From: Folioceros fuciformis
Taxonomy: Eukaryota
Length of the DNA: 45,330 nt
Direction of reading: 5' to 3'
Assembly: GCA_049999805.1 (NCBI GenBank)
Contig: JBNGIO010006073.1
Coordinates: 1-45,330 of the forward strand
In this document: positions 36,572 through 45,330 of the stretch, piece after piece
Position numbering within the stretch: the stretch's first letter is position 1
Layout: every line of letters begins with the position of its first letter
Notes under the pieces: model-generated
The model's input: the letters and a program-made list of their open reading frames with translations, nothing else
What the model was told of the DNA's origin: nothing
The model's database searches: none
Translations under genes and position numbers: made by a program

Positions 36572-38420
36572 ATGGATACTTCTCATGCCATCCGATGGCT
36601 TGCGCTCGTAGTCGTGCTCAGCGCGTGTGCCTCACCGTCCTGTGCCCAGGGCATCGGCAAAGTGGACAACGTTATCACCCGATGGAATGCGGTGAACCAG
36701 CAGGTACCGGAAACGTCACTTCCAGCAATGCAGAATGTAATCGATCCGCAGCGCCTGCTGACTGTTGCCAATGCTGTGCAGGTGACAAGAACCGTGGGAA
36801 TCCCAAACCAGATCGCGGCCCGCATCTTCTCCCTGCTGCACCTCTCCCAGTACATGGCCTTGCAGCTGGCTTACAAGAAGGGTGTCCCGCACCCGGAAGC
36901 AGCTGCTGCCTACGCTGCGCACTACGTTCTCTCTGAGTGAGAACTGCTGCAAGCTCCTCAGGAGAGACGACACATTTGATTGGAAACTAAAACCCTGGTG
37001 GATTGTGCAGGATCTTCCCAGCGCAGCAGTCCCAAATGTTCGACAGCCTCCTCGCCGAAGAGATCTATCCGTTGAATCTCTCCGGCGTACAGGATAGCCA
37101 GATCTCCGCCATCGGCCTGGCATTCCCTAAAGCGCTGCTGAAATTAAGGTGTTTGGATTTCTATCCTGCGCAAGCTTTTTGTCCCTGCAAACTTCTCAGA
37201 CCACGTCGCACAACATAACACGGTAAGTGCATGACTGGCGCCTGGCACTGCCTTCGTCCAGGACCGCTGACGGCAGCCAGAATTGGTACAAGTTCAAAGT
37301 AGCGCCCCCTGGCAGCCCCGCTGGACAGTACCAGTACACCCCGAACCAGACATTCGTGGTCTACCCGCAGCTGAAGGACACCAGGCCATTTGTAAGCAAG
37401 ACGGTGAAGGCATACGACATCTACGGCGGGCCGCCGAAGATTCCAAGCGCCCGCTACAACGCCGACTACGACATGATGGCCGAAGTAGGCGACGCCAGCG
37501 CTCCCACGCACACACTGGCGGAGTCAGAAACAGCCTGGTTCTGGGAAGACGGTGCTGGTGATGGCACGCATCCACCGATCCAATTGCCGCCAGGATCTGG
37601 ACTCCAATTCCTTGTTTGAATTTCTTTCTCTGCTGCATTGCTGTGCTTGCAGGCACCGCGCAGCTGGCTAGCCACCTGTTCAACGTGAGCATCGCAGCCG
37701 TGGGGAAGAACCTCACGGTGAATGAGACGGCGAAGCTGTTCGCCAATTTGGCGGTGGCCAACTTCGAGGCGCACATCGCCGTCTGGTACCAGAAGTACAA
37801 GTACCTCTTTTGGCGGCCGGTGACGGCGTTCTGGCAGGGCGATTCCAGCCACGAGCCGCGGCTTGAATTCCGATCCGCCATTAATCCGCCGGCGGAGCCC
37901 GAGTACCCGAGCGGCCATGGCGCGTCCGGGGGAGCATACGCGGCCATAGTGTCGGCATTTCTAGGCAAGGCGCCCGAGGAGGCGGTCCCAAACGGGCCGT
38001 ATGTAGTCGCCACCGAGTCGCCCCACAACCTCCCCCCGCGTACTTTCACAACTATCGACGAGCCGGCAAAGCAGATTCCTCTCAGCCGGTACGATGCGAA
38101 ATGCTATTTCCCTCTGCCCTGAACCAACATATCCTGTCACAAGCTAAGGAACCGCCCTGCTGCCCGTCTCGCAGGGTTTATGGAGGAATTCATTTTCCCA
38201 ATTCCGCTGAAGTCGGCTATAAGGTCGGATTTGCGGTAAGTTCTAGCACCTCTATCTGTTCTCGGATTTGGTGTACGTTATACCACCTCGATCTGTTCTT
38301 GCAGTCGTTGCATTCACTTCCACATGATGTTTATTCGATCACAACAAACAACACCACGTTCTTGTACAGGTTGGCAAGTACACCTGGGCACACTTGGAGA
38401 AACTTTTTGGGACTTTGTGA
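36572..38420 (+). CDS. Secreted vanadium-dependent haloperoxidase-like protein (PAP2 superfamily, VCPO/bacterial VHPO type); about 422 aa
   Basis: Exons 36572-36703, 36782-36936, 37011-37148, 37262-37557, 37653-38088, 38175-38235 and 38370-38420 (GT-AG introns) total 1269 nt in frame. Signal peptide MDTSHAIRWLALVVVLSACASPSCA. VHPO-type N-terminal segments VITRWN, AARIFSLLHLSQY, EAAAAYAAHYVL and RTADGS, then TAWFWED. All three vanadate/phosphate motifs are present: WYQKYKYLFWRP, PPAEPEYPSGH and SRVYGGIHF. Confidence 0.88.
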
Positions 38421-38785
38421 TGGACCAGATCCTGATATATGTTGTTAAAATCATCAAATGCACATAGGGCTACATGTAGCCACTTCTAAAGTTTTTGGGG
38501 CATTGTGAAACTCAGTTCTTGAGATCTGTTGTTAGAATCATCGGATATACACAGGCTTTCACGTCGCCCCTTTCACAATCTTGGGATGTGCAAGTAAGGA
38601 TAGTGCAAGTGAGTTCGTATCCATAACAACACTTACGGTCGCCACAATGTCATAGCCAAGAGCCCGTGACGGATCGCCCCAGGAGCTCCGATCCGTTCCA
38701 CTGAAAAATCGCCCGACTGAATGACAAAAACTGCAGCTCTTGTTTCAGCCACAGCAAACGAAAATCGAGTCTACGTACACAACGC

Positions 38786-41395
38786 CTATTTCCATTTCTC
38801 TGTTAGGTCCTTCCTTTCAGACCAAACCCAGGTAACTGCAATTCCAACAAGCAATGCTGCAATAGTTATCAGCAGAAGTGCATAACTAAACTCCTCGGTT
38901 AAAGCATCGTAGATCTTAGACGTTGCCGTCCTGGTGTAGAAAACGTCCAAACCATAGGCAAAGACCAGTGACGTCGATTCAAGACCAGCTGGAAATGTTA
39001 CAATCCCTCTCAAGCCCTCTACTTGGTGAACATGTGTCAGATATGCTTGCAAAATAACACACGTCAATAACACGGAAGAGACTCTGTCCAGCAACGCGTC
39101 TAAAACTCAGCTGTCACAACAAATGATCATGGGATATGATAAAGGGGGCTTATTTCTTCTACCTGGGGGAAAATGGGGAGAACATCTGTGTGTGGGATAA
39201 TGCCCTCCTCCTTCTCAGCTGCGGTTGGGTTTAACGTTCTTCAAGGGTCCAACAAACGTTTGTCTAGTGCTAGCACCTGCAATCACAGTCAGCAATCAAG
39301 AGGATGATCATATCAAGTTCACCGACTTTATGTCGGTGTACGCTTTGACTTTGAAACATACAAACCTGATCTGTGACGGTGCCCACAAGAACTTGCTTCG
39401 ATCTTATACCACGGGAAGTGTCTGTAACTGTCATGGCCTTGACCGTGTACGTGAAGAAATAGCTCTGACTTTTCACCTCAAGACCAGGGTTTGAGAAAGA
39501 AGACACAGCACTAGATATATTATGCCTTCCAAGGATCAGAGGTAGCAAACCCATGTCTCCCTGCGTCCGCACGTTTAAACTTCTGAACATTTCAAAGCAA
39601 TTGGACAGTTGGGTCGACTAGGCACGCCCTCAAGGTCCACTAAATGCATCAAGTCCCTTACCTGTCGTGATTTCTCATAGACTTCCAGCACCGACATCTC
39701 ATAGCGACTTGTTCTCAGGTTGAAAGCATTGAAAACTATCCAGTTCTCACGAAACACTTGCTCAAACACAGGAGACCTGTGAGCGGAAGCTGCAACATGC
39801 AGCAGGCACCACACTCAACACACTACCTTCCACGCAGGAGCATTGATTGGGCCTTTTCAGACATTCCGCATGCACAGGGCCTATCAAATGATGGTATGTG
39901 ACGCGATGGAGGATCCGTCCTGTGAGAGTATCAATTAGATAGGCTACGACCCAATTCTTGTCTGCTGTCACAGCTCCTAGAGACCCAGGGCTATGAGGTG
40001 CAACCGTGGCGACAAAGACTGTATTCTTATTTAGATACTTATTCAAGACATCCCGATCACTTAGCACCTTTGTCTGGGTGTGAACTATCTGGACGAAGTA
40101 CACAGCACACAAGCTGTTAGGAAATTGTGTGACGGGGACCTGCAGAAAGAAGCACAGAAATAGGAACACACAATACCTCATCCAGTTTTCTCGAAACAAC
40201 CGTTGATCTCGTTTCCGTCTCTGAAGGAAACACAACTGTCCACAGCTTCTCTGAATCAAATACTGGCGCCTCACTTGTATCCAACACAGGCTGGACGCCT
40301 TTTCTGACAGAAAGCCAGTGATCACACCCTTCGCTTGGTCCACGACATAGTGATAAGTGTCATGGACACGATTTTGAAAGAGGTTAAGGCTCTCCTAGGA
40401 AGCGGGTAACAGATGTGCCTTCAGATGATCATCGATTAAGGGGTGCCGGCATTGCTCCGACCTATCTGTAACTGGAAGAGGAATAATCTGCTTAGCAGGG
40501 TAGCTTAAGCGCAAATGCCTCAGCTCAACTCCTAAGCGGACATACACCCACGACAAGACACCCGGAGCATCTGTAGATACCCAACTTGCCTAGAATTAGC
40601 ACCACAGGGTTCTCATCCAGGGCATGCTCGTGAGGTATCTGCCATGGCACAAAGGTCACAGGAATAGCATAGCTCCCATCATCATTGCTTCTACACGCTG
40701 GTAATAGAATAGGCCAAACGATATGCCCATCCCCACTGTGCAAGGCAAGCAATTTCCCTGCCTTCGTCAACACGATAAGAAGGTTGCGGAAACCATTTTG
40801 GTCTCTTGTCATCTTTGTTTTGTCTGCACTGTGCAGTTGCAATGCCTTCAATGCTTCCTTGTCTTCAAGGTAGCAAACATCAGTGCCGCCTTGAGCTTCA
40901 GCGAATGTCCCTGTTCAGATATCACAAATTTCAATGCGAACAAGACCATACGGAAAAGGGCATACCGCGGAAAAGCACAAGTGAAACATCTGTCACCGTC
41001 AGCCACTCAACAAGTCCACGTTCAACTTCTGAAACTGAGACCCCCTCAAGCTCAGGTGGTAAGTCAGCAGTTTTTCTATCAAGGATAGCTCCAGGGCCGT
41101 CTTCCCTCACCCATACAACCTCCCCTTGCTGGAGAAGTGACAAAGAGCTGTTCTCCCCGACAACCAGAGCCCTAAATCCATGGGATCGGTCTACCCGGAT
41201 GTATGAATTCAGAAAAATCACACGCATAGATCCCCCTGTGGTAAGGCAGGCACAAGGTACCTTTGGCAAGTTCATCCTTAAAATCAGAAGCTTCCTCAAC
41301 CCGGAAAGAGAAGTCCTGGTGAGTGCTGTTGACGCTCTCACTCTGGAATATTGCAACCGCAAGCTTATCATCAAATTCGATGACGCTGATTTTCC
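38786..41395 (-). pseudogene. EMC1: ER membrane protein complex subunit 1 pseudogene (intron-containing, 5'-truncated)
   Basis: EMC1 segments: FLNSYIRVDRSHGFRALVV...LLQQGEVVWVREDG, GHSLKLK, TRDQNGFRNLLIVLTKAGKLLALHSGDG, DRDVLNKYLNKN, YLIDTLTGRILHR, ENWIV, TDTSRGIRSKQVLVGT, LESTSLVFAYGLDVFYTR...FSYALLLITIAALLV...LTEKWK*. Lesions: frameshifts near 41232-41236, 40868, 40578 and 40260-40310; nonsense codons at 40395-40397 (TAG) and 39241-39243 (LDP*R). The N-terminal part is absent. Confidence 0.9.
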
Positions 41396-41649
41396 GGAGG
41401 AGATAACCTCGAGCGTAGCCGCTGTGCATGGCGTTTGGGGTGCAGTATCCAAGGCGCAGGCGCCGGATGCACAGTATCTTCCCAGCTGGATGTCGTCGCC
41501 GCTTACGGACGAATGTGAGTGGACAGCCACCGTCACATTGGCTGTGCAGTATTCGACGGTCAAGGATTCACATTCTCCACTTTGAGCCCTCGTTTCTAGT
41601 GGGTGAAGACCTCCTAGGTTCAAAGCTAGACCTAGAAACTCTTGCTCTT

Positions 41650-43480
41650 AAATGTCAACCACCTTCAAACCCTAATCATATAGTCAAAATTTGTCATTAC
41701 TACTCCAAGAAAGGGCATATACCTCTAAGATGGAGAAAGAGATAAAGCCGATAGAATTTATCACCCCACAAAAAGTACTCCTAGTTCATTTGCTTTGATT
41801 ATAAGCTCCAACAACACCTACCTTTTTCCAACCATTTTGGCCTTGGCTACCAGCTCTATAATAATTGGCTTCTTGAATTTGGGATAAGTTAACACATAAC
41901 ATCATGAAGGGAATGGTTTATCCGAATACTCTACTTTAGAAGTACTCCTACCCATTCTTATGGGTAGTGACTCTTCCCACATGGTTGTGGGCAAGGATAC
42001 TATTCAAATCAAGTACAACATTTTATGGCTCATATTTGGGAGTTCTTACATGTTCATGGGTCGTTAAATCATGGGTTATTCCAATGTAAGAACTTACCCA
42101 ACGTTTTATGGGCAGATGCTATTGCAACTATATGTTATATCCAAAAGCAATATGGCACCTCCACCCTACCAAATCAACGCCTTATGAAATTTGGGTAGGT
42201 AGGGAGCCATAGGTTAGCCACCTTCGAATCTTCTGTTGCCCAGCTTACAAACACATTCCCATAAAAAATGTAGTGTAAATTAAAATTAGATTAGCAATTC
42301 GTGAAACTCTCTTTCATGGGCTATGAAGAAAGTTACGGAGTAAAGGGTTATAGATTCCTTAAAAGAGCCACTTGCAAGGTTACCCTAGGCAAAAATGTCT
42401 TCTTTGATGAAGCCTGTCTCCTCATCCCTTAAGGAAGTGTGCTAAATTTAGAGCAAATCTCTATCATGGATTTTCTCCCAAACACTTCGTAGACACCTCC
42501 AGCTTTTCCACTCACAATGTTCCAAATCTAATAACTTTAGCACCACCCCCACCGCCGCTTCTACCTCTAAATGCTCCTACCTCACTTACTGATGATGACC
42601 ATGGCCCAAATTGGTCGACCAACCTTGAGTCCTCCCAACTCCATGTCACCAGCACCTCTGTTCTTCAATTAGGCTTACAACTAGGAATTCCTTTTCCCTG
42701 TCTATGTCGCTCGTTAATTCGGTTATGACTTAATATCCCTAGCTTTTAGACCTCTGCTACCTCTCCCTTCATTGTAGTTCACAGGAGAAGAGAATATTGA
42801 CACTAGCAGTGATACCAAGCATGACTGGCAATTCTCTTTATGCCAATCGGCAGTAAGAATGAATAATGAGGATGCTACTTTTGAGCGAAATGCAACAGCT
42901 CCTAATCCTTTTGCTCACACTTCCTACAAAACTACTGAGGGTATTTTCAGCATCAAATTCCATGACTTGGAATTTTTCACAATACGAGGATTTTCAGCTC
43001 ACACAATTAATCTAACACAGTTCCAACTGAAAAAGCCTAAATAGTACACTCCAACAAAAGATTTACATCAAGCAGCCAAATAGATATATACTAGCAACTA
43101 ATGAACACTTACTCTATAAGCTTCCTATGAAGCTTTACTTTTTCTAGCAATCTAGTGAGAAATGTTGTGAAAAATATTTTAGATCTCTTACACTTAGAAT
43201 ACACCAAAGTAACGTGGATGCCAACGTAAGTTTCATAAAAATAACGTGGATGCCAATGTAAGTTTCGTAAAAAACATAGGTTCCCCAATGCTGGTGATCG
43301 CATCTATGTAGATGCTGTCATTATAATATCAAATAATGAGAAATATTTAGTAGAATTCATAGTTGAGCTCAAGTAGAAATTCTTTGTGATAAACAATGGA
43401 ATTATGCAATTATGCTTGGGTGTTCAATTGAAACATAATTTGCGCAATGGTGGTAGAGTTATAAGCCAAGTACAAGAACT
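41650..43480 (+). mobile_element. Highly decayed Ty1/copia remnant
   Basis: Relic motifs in copia order: CHYYSKKGHI (knuckle, about 41690), NWLLEFGIS*H (protease, about 41865), LPNVLWADAIATICYI, PYEIWVGREP*VSHLRIFCCPAYKHIP, FMGYEESYGVKGYRF and NVFFDE (integrase/SH3, 42090-42410), and YVDAVII (RT, about 43306). Many stops and deletions. Confidence 0.75.
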
Positions 43481-44339
43481 TGGGTTCTCCCTTTATCATA
43501 AGATTGCATCTTAATCTCTAACGCAATTTTTTTTGTTTTGAGCAAATTGCAAATATCGGATCCTCCACATAGAGGATTGCAATTACACTATAAATCCTTC
43601 ACATGTCTAGATAAAGCGCATCCTTGCAAAAACCTTTAACGACCTATAAGGAAAAATGAGGAATATAAGCAGACATAACACCTTGTAACCCAATCTATAG
43701 AGAGCCAATCTAAGATTATTGCCTCACCTTCTCGGAACATAGATTCAGCAAATTTAACAATCACGATCAACTTGCACTAGAATCCAAACTTATAGAATTT
43801 AGAAAAGAGAATCATGACAATCTCATCCTCTCTAGATCATTTAGCTAGACCTTTCTTCTCAAGCATCGCACTTAGCCAACACTAAAACTATCTAGAACTA
43901 TAACTAGATAGGAAAACAATCATCACCGGTGGTCCATACCACATCTAACAACATGGGTGCCGCTATCTATAAACGCCATCAACCGGGTCAACCAAACCGG
44001 CTAACGGGGAAAGGCCCGACTAGGGTCTTGGCACTTATGTCAATTGTAGCCTATCATGCCCGTTGTGTGTCATCCAAGAGCGGTAGCAGGCCACTGCACA
44101 TAGTTATATTGCCCACCAACGAACACTCTTCAGCTACCTCTACCCTACGCCCACGCTGCAAAGCCTAGTGGGCCCGGTTGTTGTGTCCGAAATATCTGCC
44201 GCCAGAAGCCGGCCATAACAAAGTATTGTAACCCGAACAATCCGCGACTTCTCTTCCTCCGTCCATCCAGCACAAATGCCATTTAATATTACAAGATTTC
44301 CTTTGCAACTTGACAAGACAAGACAAGTGGGAGGTCATA

Positions 44340-45330
44340 CACAATGACTAGAAAAAAATATTTGATCACGAACGCTACCTAGGCTCCGGCAAGAGCTCGT
44401 ACTGGGATTTGACTGTCCATGAAATTTTTTTGAAGAAATTACCTACCACCTTCTACCTCTCTGTTTATAATTGCATGTTATCTTGGCTCCCTAAAGGTAG
44501 AGATGTAGATCCTGGAGATCTGATTTCGGACTCTTCTCAACAACATCAAGTTCCAATAGGTAATCATTACCATATCTTAAAGCTATAGGTTTCTCTTTGT
44601 ACTTACCTTGAGAAAAGTTTGTTGACCAATGATTTGCAATAGTTGTTGAAAATGAGCAGGCTACAACATCAAGTCTAGACACTCCTACTTGAGAATGAAG
44701 AGCTAGAGAGTTTCCATCCTCTTCAACTTCCCAAGAGGCTAGCTCCCCTTCAAGATCTTCGGGAATAAGGCGAAAGAAAGCACATTCGAGCTTTGGCATC
44801 CAAGGTATTCTTACACAATTGGAGACTGTGGAGGCAAAACCCCGGGCACTGATTGCCGACGGGTTCCACCTTTAGTGGCCACACTTATCCCACTGTCGTT
44901 GAGATATTGGGTTTCGTTCCCACGAAGGAGCGATGGGGTTCCTTGCTGCTGTGGATGGAGGGTCGGACTCAATCGACTCGATGATGGATTCGAGGACTCC
45001 CCTCCAGCTCCGATCAGGCGTAGGACATGCCTCGCTGTCCAGAAGTGAGCTGCTCCTCTCTTGATGCCCACAAACTCACTCCAGTCACTACAACGACCCT
45101 AACCTCTCAGATTTGCGACTTCCCTCACTCACTTCACTCGCTCTCTCACTCCAGCACCAACACCAACAACTAACAACGACACCACTACCTTCTACACTTC
45201 CCTATTGACTCCTCTTACCCGGCAAGAGTCACTAGACTAACCCCAAAGAAGAGAAAGAAGGGAACACACTCCCCCCACACCCCCTTAGATATCTCCTCCC
45301 CACAACCTTACCAGACGCCATGAAACATGG
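44340..45330 (+). mobile_element. Possible decayed retroelement ORF1-like remnant
   Basis: One plus frame near 44620-44690 reads PMICNSC*K*AGYNIKS, resembling an eroded CX2CX4HX4C knuckle. It carries many TAG/TGA/TAA codons consistent with C->T decay and is followed by low-complexity Pro/Thr-rich coding-like sequence. Confidence 0.2.

Noticed and set aside
36572-38420. Bacterial contamination, or a membrane lipid-phosphate phosphatase, as the explanation for the PAP2 gene
   Set aside because: It has six GT-AG introns and is contiguous with plant genes. It lacks the multi-TM pattern of LPP-type PAP2s and carries VHPO-type N-terminal helices.
41400-41580. GC-rich patch reading LDVVAAYGR, reminiscent of formyltransferases
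   Set aside because: The match is too short and has no supporting flanking motifs.
40806-41585. 259-aa plus-strand ORF
   Set aside because: Antisense shadow of EMC1 pseudo-exons, starting at a non-ATG codon.

Overview
Compact eukaryotic (land-plant) genomic DNA with short spliceosomal introns (mostly about 80-170 nt) and one 100-N gap (17707-17806). An intact intraflagellar-transport gene (IFT56) points to a lineage with flagellated sperm. Gene density and intron size suggest a bryophyte such as a hornwort, but this is inference. A gene-rich island (about 9.5-41.4 kb) lies between decayed Ty1/copia and other TE debris. In order it holds: a secreted-type 'short' polyphenol oxidase (+); a QWRF/AUGMIN8-family protein with a 15-unit RPQTP array (-); a DUF3143 plastid protein (-); a WDR62/MAPKBP1-like WD40 protein (-); a CPBP/CAAX-type intramembrane protease (+); IFT56/TTC26 (-); an orphan 108-aa secreted protein with repeated GDI-x-[FL]-P-[LI]-P cores (+); a secreted vanadium-dependent haloperoxidase-like PAP2 enzyme (+); and a 5'-truncated EMC1 pseudogene (-). 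The best candidate for a novel system is the tandem pair of repeat-peptide precursor and secreted haloperoxidase-like enzyme. Next are the PPO with a remodelled active site and the CDK-site array in AUG8, which has MSA elements upstream. All exon models were derived by hand, and no database searches were run.
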